Shown here: piece by piece, positions 8,306 through 19,318 of the stretch
How positions within the stretch are numbered: position 1 is the first letter of the stretch
Layout: every line of letters starts with the position of its first letter
DNA from: Azolla caroliniana
Taxonomy: Eukaryota; Plantae; Polypodiophyta
Length of the DNA: 64,000 bases
Assembly: GCA_043228905.1 (NCBI GenBank)
Contig: JBHGNT010000009.1
Span: 6,200,001-6,264,000, forward strand
Direction of reading: 5' to 3'
Notes under the pieces: generated by a model
Databases searched by the model: none
The model's input: only the letters and a program-made list of their open reading frames with translations
Told to the model about the DNA's origin: nothing
Translations under genes and position numbers: made by a program

Positions 8306-11300
8306 ATGGAAGGCGGCAGCAGCGGGCAGCCGGGGATGATGGTGCTGAATGCGTAGAACTACGCCGACTGGAAGATCAAGATGGAGGATCTTCTGATTGT
8401 TCGGGACCTGTACGAACCGATTGACAGGTCAGAAATACCGAAGGGGGTACTTGAGACGGAATGGAGGCTTCTGAACCGGAAAGCCGTTGCAACCATTCGG
8501 CAATACGTCGACGTGAGCGTTCTACAACATGTGGCGAACGACACCAACGCATATGAGATGTGGCGGAAGCTGTCGGGCCTCTACGAGAGGAAGAATGCGT
8601 TGAACCGGACCTCCCTGATGAGGAAGATAGTGAACCTCAAGTACCGCGACGGCGAGAGTATGGTGGAACACGTAAGCACGTTCATGGGATTCGTGAACCA
8701 GCTTGCGGCGATCAAGTTCCCGTTGGAGGATGCAATGCAAGCCATCATCCTGATGTGTACATTGCCGGAAAGCTGGGAGAACTTGGTGGTGACTCTCAGC
8801 ACCTCCTGCACCGAAGATAACTTGTCTCTACAAACGGTAAAGACAAGTATTTTGAACGAAGAAGCGCGTCGGAGAGATAAAGAACCGGCCTCCGACTCGA
8901 AGGCGCTGCTTACCGAATCGGAACGGGGAAGACAATGGAACCGGAGTCCGCAAAGACGGGAGAAGTCGGGGACCCGGTCGCAGTCAAGAGGAAGACCCAC
9001 ATGCTTCCACTGTGGGAAGCCGGGGCACTTCCGGAAGAATTGTCGGCATTACCGAAAGGACAACGGAGCCGACGACACCGATTCGAAGAAGTCACCGGAG
9101 CGAAACGGTGCATACCGGGGAGCCACGGACCGGAGAGGTCCGGATCGGCGAGGGCAGGACCGGAAAGGAACGACGGCACTCGCGGCAAGTGAAGAAGAAA
9201 TAATGCTCATTACCGAAGAGAGGGAGCTGAACCTTGCCGGTGTAGAGATGACCTGGGTGGTCGATTCCGGAGCGTCGTTCCACCTGACCCCGGAGAAGAA
9301 ATACTTCTCATCCTACACAGCCGGTGAGCACGGCTGTGTCCGGATGGGAAATGAAGGCACATGTCGGATTGCCGGCATAGGAGACGTGTGGCTGATGACA
9401 TCAACAGGATGCAAGATGCTGTTGAAGGATGTCCGACACGTTCCGGAGGTTCGATTGAACCTGATTTCAGCCGGGAAGCTAGACGATGAAGGCTACACGG
9501 GTAGCATCCAGAACGGTGTCATGAAGTTCAGCAAAGGGAGCCTGATAGTGACTCGGGCCCGGAAAGTCAACACACTGTACCTGATGAATTCCCGGCTATG
9601 TCCGGAGGAGCTGAACGTGGCAGCTGACACTGCCGGTGAGCTGTGGCACAAGAGACTGTGCCACATGAGTGAGAAGGGGATGAAGAAGCTTGCAGAAGAC
9701 AACCTTATCCCAATGAAGCATGTGCATCTGGAGAAGTGCACCGATTGCCTGGCCGGTAAGCAGAACCGAGCCTCCTTCCACTCAAGGCCACCGACGAGAC
9801 GTAGCACACCATTGGAGTTGGTGCACACTGACGTGTGTCAGGTAGAAACGAAGTCACATGGCGGAGCCCAGTACTTCGTAACATTCATTGATGATCACAG
9901 CCGGAAGCTGTGGACGGCACCGTTGAAGACAAAGGACCAAGTATTGTCCGTCTTCAAAGAACTCCACGCGAGAGTGCAAAGGGAATCCGGCAAGGAGCTG
10001 AAAGCGATACGAGCGGATAACGGAGGGGAATACCGGGGGCAGTTCGAGGAGTACTGTCGCTCGAAGGGAATCCGGCTCGAGTTTACTGTGCCGAAGACGC
10101 CGGAACTTTACGGGCTGGCCGAGAGGATGAACCGGACCATAATGGAGAGGGTCCGGAGTATGCTGGCGCATGCGAAATTACCCAAGGGGTTTTGGGCTGA
10201 GGCAATGTCGACGGCGACATACGTGATAAACAGATCACCCTCAGTACCTTTGGACGGAGACACGCCGCAGAGAGTGTGGACCGGTAGGGAAGTATCCTAC
10301 CGGCATCTGAAGGTGTTCGGGTGTCTCGCATATGTGCATGTGGCAAAGGACCGGAGAGGAAAGCTAGACCCAAAGACCCGGCCATGCATATTCCTCGGTT
10401 ACGGCAACGACGAGTATGGGACCCGGTCGACAAGAAGATATTCTGGAGTCGTGATATCATCTTCATGGAGGACAAGACACTCGCCGACTGGGAGTCGGAG
10501 AAGAAGATGAAGAGCTCCAAGTCGACCGGTGAGGATGAACTCTACGAGGAGCAGTCCCGACCGGCAAGGGACCGGTTAGCACTCGAGGATCCGGCCGAAG
10601 ACGGTGAAGAAACATAACCGGCCGAGGAAGATGAAACTGATACCGGAACCGGCCCCGATCCCGAAATGGATTCGGATGAAGAGGAAACGGAGGAGCCGGT
10701 TACCAAAGCTCCGAAACGGAGATATCCTCTAAGAGAGAGAAGGACCCCCCGGAGATTTCCGGAACCAGAGCACGTGCTGCTAACCGACGAGGGGGAACCG
10801 GAGAGTTTTGAAGAAGCAGAGCTTGACACACATAGCCGCAGGTGGTTAAGTGCCATGCAGGAGGAGATGGATTCCCTACATGAGAACCACACATATGAAC
10901 TTGTGGAGTTGCCGAAAGGAAAGCGGGCACTTCGAAACAAGTGGGTGTTCAAGCTGAAACCGGGAGATGCCGGAAACCCCCCGAGATACAAAGCCAGGAT
11001 CGTGGTGAAGGGGTTTCAGCAGAAGAAGGGCGTCGACTTCGACGAGATATTTGCCCCGGTAGTGAAGATGACCTCCATCCGGACGGTGCTGAGCATAGCG
11101 GCAAGCATGGACCTCGAGGTAGAACAGATGGACGTGAAGACGGCATTCCTTCACGGCGACCTCGAAGAAGAGATCTACATGCAGCAACCGGAAGGATTCG
11201 AGAAGAAAGGGAAGGAGCACCTGGTATGCCGGTTGAAGAAGAGCCTTTACGGACTGAAGCAGGCTCCCCGGCAGTGGTACCGGAAGTTCGACTCCTTCAT

Positions 11301-12366
11301 GACCGACGAAGGGTACCACAAAACGCAGTCCGATCACTGCGTGTTTGTGAAGAAGTTCGAAGGAGGAGACTTTCTAATACTCCTCCTGTACGTGGACGAC
11401 ATGTTGATCGTCGGACGGGACCAGGTCAAGATACGGATGCTGAAGAAAGCGCTTCACCGAACTTTCTCAATGAAGGACCTGGGTCCGGCGAGGCAAATAC
11501 TAGGGATGCACATCATCCGGGACCGGAAGAAGAAGCAGTTGTGGCTGTCACAGGAGAAGTATGTGACAAAGGTGCTTCACCGGTTCAACATGTCGGAAGC
11601 AAGACCGGTCGGTTCAACCCTCCCGGCAAACTGCAAGTTGTCCAGCAAGCAAAGCCCCAAGACAAAGGCAGAGAAGGAGGACATGATGAAAGTGCCATAT
11701 GCCTCTGCCGTCGGAAGCTTGATGTACGCAATGGTGTGTACAAGACCGGACATAAGATATGCAGTCGGAGTGGTGAGCCGGTACATGAGCAATCCCGGAA
11801 AAGAGCACTGGAACGCGGTCAAGTGGATACTCCGATACCTGAAGGGCACGGCAAACGTGTGCCTCCGATTCGGCTCCGGTAAGCCCGAACTCGATGGATT
11901 TACCGATTCGGACATGTCGGCTGATGCGGATACCAGCCGGTCCACATCAGGGTATGTGATGACGTATGCAGGGGGAGCTGTTTCGTGGCAGTCGAGGCTG
12001 CAGAAGACGGTTGCGTTGTCAACCACGGAGGCGGAGTACATGGCAGCTGTTGAAGCCGGCAAGGAAATAATATGGATGAAGGAATTCATTAGAGAGCTCG
12101 GTATCCGGCAGGAGGAGTACCGACTCTACTGCGACAGTCAGAGTGCCATCCACCTTCCGAAGAACGCGGCCTATCACTCCCGGACGAAGCACATCCAGCG
12201 AAGATATCACTGGATCCGGGAAAGGATAGAAGACCAGGAGTTCGTGCTGACGAAGATCCACACGGACGAGAACGGGTCAGATATGCTGACCAAAGTGCTC
12301 ACACCCGACAAGCTGGAAGCGTGCCGGAAGAGGGTCGGACTGGAAAGACATCCCATGCCGAAGTGA
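8306..12366 (+). pseudogene. Copia-A gag-pol polyprotein, disrupted
   Basis: ATG 8306; TAG 8354-8356; small deletion/frameshift near 10415; TAA 10615-10617. Motifs CFHCGKPGHFRKNC, DSGAS, WHKRLCH, YVDD, TKHI. Confidence 0.9.
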
Positions 12367-12419
12367 AGGGGGAGTTTGTTGGGATTACGGTCCCTCCGGA
12401 TGGGATTGTCAGATGTCCG

Positions 12420-12570
12420 GGAACCGGATGATGAAGACCCGGTTACGGAACCGGATGATGAAGACCCCGGTTACGGAACCGGATGATGTAGACCCGGTTA
12501 CGGAACCGGATGATGAAGACCCCGGTTACGGAACCGGATGATGAAGACCCGGTTACGGAACCGGATGACG
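12420..12570 (+). repeat. Tandem 27-28 bp repeat in Copia-A U3
   Basis: GGAACCGGATGATGAAGACCCGGTTAC, 5 copies plus a partial copy. Confidence 0.9.
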
Positions 12571-14224
12571 AATGTACCCGGAGAGAGAGATCCGGATGCG
12601 GGGACATATTTGTGAATATGTTTGCCAAGGGCCCTTGAGGCTATATTTGTAAATAGCCCGAAAGTCATATGTGTATAAATATGACTTAGGGCAAACAGTT
12701 TTATGTTGCTACTCAATTTTTGTTTTCCCACTCAAGAGGAGTGAAGAGAGAGCAGCCGTGAGAGAGAGAGAGCGTGAGAGAGGAAGAGGTCGACGCCTCT
12801 GTGTAATACCGCTGCCTGTGGCGAGGACAGCGAGCTCAAGGTCGTCGCCTTGCAGCTCGCCATTGTATATTTCTCTGTGCATAGTCTTGGTTTGGAGTCT
12901 TGCACTCCCGTGGTTTTTCCCGTATAGGGTTTTCCACGTTAATCCCTGTGTTACCGTGTCTTTCTCTGTGTTTCCTATTTCTGCTGCATTGATTCGTGAT
13001 TTCTCGGTTGTGGCCGAACGGGTGAAGACAAAACGGAGAGTTGATTCACAACAGAGTTTGACCCCTAGCCGGTCGAACAACTCCTCAGCTTCCCGCGCAT
13101 TCAGCTCTCCCCGGTCCACCACGATCCTCCCGATGCACCCGTACCGACACACTACCTCTTCGATCAGGAACCGGCATAACGCCGCGGTTGTCTTGTTCTG
13201 TAGTGCACGGCCTTCCACTTGGTTCGTTAAGTCTTCCCGCGCAAGCACCAAGTATCGCATCTGTTCTACTCCCATCGGCATCGTCACCAAGTCCACCATC
13301 CACTTGAAATGGATTGCAAGCGGGTAAGTCGGTTGTAGCTCGTCCCGATGTCGGACTACGGAGTGCATCTGACAGCTTTCGCAAGTCGTTACGAACCATT
13401 GCACGTCATGATACAGCCTCGGCCTCCAGTACTTCTCCTTCAGCTTCCCGAACATGGCCCACGTTCCGCGGAGTCTGGCCCAAGGACTCTCGTGAAACGC
13501 CGCCAGTAGTTCCTCTTGTTCCTCTTTCTTTGCCACTACTTGGAGCGCGATGCCATTTCTTTTCTTTGGGTGCCTCCATATGCACCCGTCCCGTAGGAAG
13601 AATCGGTACACCTTCTTCCGTACCTGGCTCGCCTCTTCTCTCGTCCACGTTGCGTTCGGCGTCATCGCCCATAGGAGCCTCCCGATTTGGAGCCACTCTC
13701 CGTCGTACCTACTTTCGTCAAATTCATTAAGCGTCGGAGTGTCCCCTTTCTTCGTCGTCACATTAGCCGACCCGAAGAAGTCCTCGCCGACTTCTTTGTC
13801 ATCCGAAACCAATGTCGTCTTCGTTGTTGAACCTTGCTCTCGAAAGCATGTCGGCCATGGCGTTATCCTTTCCGGAGATGTGTCGTATCTCCGGGTTCAG
13901 GGACTTAATGTACGCTATCCACCGGAGCATTGCTAGGTCCGGCGTCACGCATCCAGAAACCATGCTGAGTATCGGCAGACAGTCGGTCTCGATTGTTACC
14001 TTCGTCCCGATCAGGTAGTCCCTGTCGGCCTTGACTACCGAAACGATACCCCATAGTTCGCGCTTGACTTGGGCGTATCCTCGTTGTCGCTCGCTCAATA
14101 CCTTCACCCCGAACCGGATTGGGAACCGTGCGTCGTCCTCGTCCTCCTGGTTGATCACCCACCCGATCCCGATCGGGCTCGTGTCCACCGTTACGTAGAT
14201 GGGGACCCCCTTACCGTAAACCTC

Positions 14225-14529
14225 TATTGAGCGGCAAGCTCAACCGGAGCCGGTAAGCGAGACGGATCGGGCGAAACGGATTGGTATGACGGTGAGCAAC
14301 CGAACCGGCAAGCAGTGGAGGCCGGGTGCAATCCGTAACCGGAAGTCCAATCGGAAGCCTAGTATAGGATAGACTACTAGGTAGTTATAGTCTCGTAGTA
14401 AGTGTCAAATGCTCGTGTGAGCATTGAAGTACATGGTACTTCTGTCAGTCCCAAGAGGACTTGTATAAATAGTGCTACTTAGCACAGTGTGTATACAGAG
14501 TCTTGATATAATTTTGAAATTACGTTCTG

Positions 14530-14574
<45 letters not shown>

Positions 14575-17500
14575 GTTCTTTGTTTTACGCTTCCGCAAAC
14601 ACTTACGTTTACATCGTATCAGAGCGCGAGGGTTGAGAATCTCTGCTACAGACATTTACTCTTGAGAAGAAAACCCTAACAGGTCGAAAACAGACACAGT
14701 AGAAGACATGGATAGAGGCATGGCTACGTCGCTCCCGGTGGAGAAGCTCGATAGGAGCAACTACGCATCCTGGTCTTACAAGATGCACCAGTACCTGCTT
14801 GGACACGGGTACTGGAGTTATGTCGAAGGAGCGAATGATGCGGCGCCAGACTCGGCACACAAGGACTTCCCGGTATGGGAACAGGCGGCAAGCAGGGTGA
14901 TGTACTGCTTCGCGTCCAGTGTCGGCGATCAGCTGCTCAGCCACATCCGTGACGCCAAGACACCGAAGGATGCTTGGGGGAACCTGAAAAAGGTTTTCGC
15001 CGCAAGCACCACTGCCCGGAAGCTGCAACTCAGACAAGAGTTGAGCAATGTTCGACAGAAGAACATGTCCGTGGCAGACTACACGGGCCGGATAAAGGAA
15101 ATTTGCGACTCGCTCGCCTCTATCAATGTTACCATAGAGGAAGACGAGATGGTGCAAGTATGTCTCGGAGGCCTGGCGTCCAAGTTCGGAGCGTTCCGGA
15201 CTGCGGTGTGTACAAGGGAGAATACCCCCTCATTCTTCGACTTACAGTCGATGCTCCTTGTAGAGGAGAACCATGCCGGTGCATCTACCAGTGCATCCCC
15301 GGACAGCCAAATGCTGTACACGGGAACGGATCGGCTCCGTGGGCGTGGTGGAAGAGGTGGGTCGGCAAGCAATGGAGGCGGCCGGCAAGAGCAGGAACGA
15401 AGGCACTATGAGTGTGCCGACAGCAGTTCCGGGACTTCCACAAGCAGGAGGAGTCAAGGCGGTGCTGGAGGCCGGCAAGACAAATCCGCTACGGAATGCT
15501 GGTACTGTGGCAAAAAAGGCCACAGGGAATGCGAGTGCTGGAGAAAGCGTGCCGATTCGGACAAATCCGGATCCGGCAAGACCAGTAAGGATGGCCGGCA
15601 AAACTCGCACTACGCAAACGGATTAGGAGAATCCGGAACCGGAAAGGCCGGTAAGGGGCCAGCCTTGGTGATGAATCACAAGGCAAACTCAATGAAGAAG
15701 ACCACTTCCAAAACGGAGGAAGTGTGGTATGTTGATTCCGGCGCGTCGAACCACATGACGAGCCACAAAGAGTGGTTCTCCTTTCTGGAGAAACCGGATC
15801 AACCAGGAGTAATCGAAACCGGAGACGACACTCCTCACCCAATCGTGCACGTCGGAGAAGTCCCTCTAAGCCACGTCGGATAGAAAGGGAAGCTGATGAA
15901 CGTATTACACGTTCCAACAATCATGAAGAACCTGGTGTCCGTCGGTCAGATTGTCGACCAAGGTATGCAGGTACGGTTTACGCACCTCGGGTGCTTCATT
16001 GAGGATGAGGGCGAAGTCATTGCGCAAGGGCGGAGAGACGGGAGGATGTTTATCCTCAACACCAATGACTGTGGCACCGCTCTATTCGCGAAACGACAGA
16101 AGGTCGAGTCGGACATCGACCTGTGGCACAAGCGGATAGGCCACGTCAACTACCGGAGGCTTCAAGATCTGCAAACGAAACAAGTCGTTTTCGGTTTGCC
16201 GAAGTTCAGCGGCCGGAGAGCCGAAATTTGTGAAGCCTGCCAACTTGGGAAGCAACACCGGCTTCCATTCCCCACCGAACGGAACCGGAGCCGTAACAAG
16301 CTCGATCTCATCCATTCGGATGTGTGGGGACCGGCACAAAGTGTAAGCCTTGGTGGGAGTCGGTACTTCGTCTCCTTCATCGACGACTATACTCGACATA
16401 CTTGGATCTACCTCATTGAGCGGAAGAGCGAAGTCTTCGACTGTTTCCGGAGCCTCCAGAAGATGGTGGAACGGGAATCGGAGAGGAAGATCAAATGCCT
16501 TCGGTCGGATGGCAGCAAGGAATATTTTTCCGGCCAATTCACTAGTTATCTATAGCAGAAGGGAATTCGGCGACAGTTCAGCTGCAAATACACACCGCAG
16601 AAAAACGGTGTGGCCGAAAGGAAGAGCCGGACACTCGTCGAAGCGGCAAGGACAATGCTTGAGGAGAAGAGCATGCCCCCGTTCTACTAGGCGGAGGCGG
16701 TCCGGACGGCCGTCTACATACAAAACCGCATTGGTGACAAGGTGTCAGCTCATGAGCTGTATTTCGGGCGCAAGCCGAACTTAAGACACCTTCGGATATT
16801 CGGCAGCATAGCGTATGTGCAAGTGGGTGTACAAGGTCAAGTACAACGCCGACGGTTCTGTTAACCGGTACAAATCCCGGTTAGTGGCGAAGGGATACGC
16901 GCAGACCCACGGAATCGACTACGACAAGACCTTCGCTCCTGTGGCGAAGATGACGACGGTTCGTGTGGTACTGGCGGTTGCTGCGGCAAGGGGGTGGCAT
17001 CTTCACCAGATGGATGTGAAGAACGCCTTCCTTCAAGGAGAGCTTGAAGAAGAAGTCTTTATGACTCAGCCCCCCGGATTTCAATCGAAGATGAACAAGT
17101 CGGCGGTATGCCGACTGCAGAAGTCGCTTTACGGCTTGAAGCAAGCCCCCCAAGCCTGGAACGCAAAGATCATGCACCGGTTGCGTAAGCTGGGGTTTGC
17201 TGTCTCTAAGTCGGACTCTTTGTTGTTCATCCGGCAAGGCTCTAACGGTCCGGTATGTATACTCTTGTATGTGGATGATTTAGTTATCACCGGACCGGGT
17301 CTTCCCGAAATCAACCGCGTCAAGTCCCAGTTGTCAAACGCATTCGAAATGAAGGACCTGGGGGACCTTCATTATTTTCTTGGGATCGAAGTGATCCGGA
17401 CCCCCAACGGCATATTGCCCTCACAACGACATTACATGCTGAATATGCTGTATAAGTTCGGCATGACGGATTGCCGACCTATCTCCACACCCCTGGACCG

Positions 17501-19233
17501 GAACCAGAAGCTCCGTCCCAACTCCGAACCGGCCTGCAATGAGAAACGGTTCCGACAGGTTGTCGAAAGCCTGATCTACTTAACCATCACCCGGCCCGAC
17601 ATCAGCTATCCGGTCGACATGGTAAGTCAGTTCATGCAGAGGCCGACCGTGGAGCACCTTCAGTGCGTGCAATGAATATTACGATATGTCAGTGGCACTA
17701 AGGACCGGGGACTACTATACCGTCGAGGTATACCCAAAGATCTTGTCGATTACACAGATGCTGACTGGGCCGGCGATGCGTCTGATCGCCGCTCCACTTC
17801 CGGATACATGTTCTCCATAGGTAGCGCGGCCGTTGCGTGGAGCAGCAAGAAGCAGCCCACAGTGGCTTTGTCAAGCACTGAGGTTGAGTACCGGGCCGCT
17901 ACCGTTGCCACTTGTGAAGCCATCTGACTTCGGCGACTGCTACGAGACTTGCGGATCGAGGTACCCAGCCCGATCCCGATTTACTGCGATAACATGAGCA
18001 GCCTGCAGCTCGCCAGGAACCCTGTGTTCCATGCTCGCACAAAGCACATCGAGGTGCACTACCACTTCGTGCGTGAGCGGGTCCTGAGCGGTGAAGTTGA
18101 CCTACGGTATGTTCATACGGATCGGCAAGTTGCTGACATCTTCACCAAGCCGCTCGGATCGGACAAGTTGCAGTACTTTACCGACATGCTTGGTATTCAG
18201 CATCTCGACGTGCCGCACTTGAGGGGGAGAAGCAAGGGCAAAGTCTCTACCGAAATGGGCAAAGGCCAAAAAATTGTTGAACCCGTCGGTAAGAGGAGAT
18301 CCAGAAGAAGAGGAGACAAGAAGATGAAGGAAGTCGAGTCGACGAAGGAAGTCGACACATCCGAACAGGTCGGAGCAAGCGGCTGTGAAGAAGAGTTGTA
18401 CTGACCATGATACAAAGTCGAATGAAGAATTCAATTTCGGTTCACCGGCTGAAGAAGCCGAGAGAAGCATGGAGAAGGCCAAGACTCGGAGGTGGTCCGA
18501 CGTGGTGAGAGGCCTGAAGCCAGAAGTCGATTCGGAGTGTACCGATTCGGACAAGAGCTAGAACGAGTCGGAGATAGCTGACTCTGTTCAACAGATGCAT
18601 CCGGATGAGTCGGATTGACTGAAGGCCAAGGGGACACGGACACAGCGGAAGTCGATGCCATCGTGGGAGAATCGACGGATCGGCAAGCGCCGGAGTCACA
18701 GCAACGTGAGTGTTGAGATGGGCCTATTGAGCAGACATGCTGACCGAGAGGGTCGAGGCACGCAGAACCAAAGGGGTCGCGGCAAACGGGACCGGACCAG
18801 ACGAGGAGCGCGAGCAAGGCGGAGTGACGCCAGGAGAAGTCGGTTGGAAGAACCGACTGCCACAGAGGTCGACACTACGACCTCACCTCAGGTTGAGCTT
18901 GAGGGGGAGTGTTGAGCGGCAAGCTCAACCGGAGCCGGATCAGCTGAATAAGCCGGAGCCGGTAAGCGAGACGGATCGGGCGAAACGGATCGGTATGACG
19001 GTGAGCAACCGAACCGGCAAGCAGTGGAGGTCGGGTGCAATCCGTAACCGGAAGTCCAATCGGAAGCCTAGTATAGGATAGACTACTAGCTATAGTCTCA
19101 TAGTAAGTGTCAGATGCTCGTGTGAGCATTGAAGTACATGGTACTTCTGTCAGTCCCAAGAGGACTTGTATAAATAGTGCTACTTAGCACAATGTGTATA
19201 CAGATTCTTGATATAATTTTGAAATTACGTTCT

Positions 19234-19278
<45 letters not shown>

Positions 19279-19318
19279 TGTTCTCTGTTTTACGCTTCCG
19301 CAAACACTTACGTTTACA
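14225..19318 (+). mobile_element. Ty1/copia element 'Copia-B copy 1', both LTRs present, internally deleted
   Basis: LTRs 14225-14613 (TG mutated to TA) and 18910-19318; TSD ACCTC (14220-14224 and 19319-19323); mutated iMet PBS TCGTATCAGAGC at 14614; PPT GAGGGGGAG 18901-18909. Confidence 0.93.
14708..18618 (+). pseudogene. Copia-B copy 1 gag-pol with multiple stops and an INT-RT deletion
   Basis: Zn knuckle CWYCGKKGHRECEC, DSGAS, GAG-pre-integrase WHKRIGH, YVDD, RTKHIEV; stops at 15881, 16553, 16688 and 17673. Confidence 0.88.

Larger units (their letters stand above)
7810..13053 (+). mobile_element. Ty1/copia LTR retrotransposon 'Copia-A' (Tnt1/Tork-like), inserted into the integrase of Gypsy-W B
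   Basis: Partial 5' LTR 7810-8274; iMet PBS TGGTATCAGAGC 8278-8289; gag-PR-INT-RT-RH order; PPT GAAGGGGGAG just before the 3' LTR; 3' LTR 12377-13053 (TGTTG...CAACA). Confidence 0.93.

Noticed and set aside
10941-11882. 313-aa overlapping ORF and many other alternate-frame or antisense ORFs in GC-rich TEs (e.g. 27037-27801, 59459-60130)
   Set aside because: No recognisable motifs; expected shadows of GC-rich coding sequence with few off-frame stops.
12420-12570. CRISPR-like array (also 460-560)
   Set aside because: Head-to-tail repeats without unique spacers, inside eukaryotic LTRs; no cas genes.
12709-13812. 367-aa ORF as a novel protein
   Set aside because: Chimera of Gypsy-W B integrase reading into the antisense Copia-A LTR at the insertion junction.
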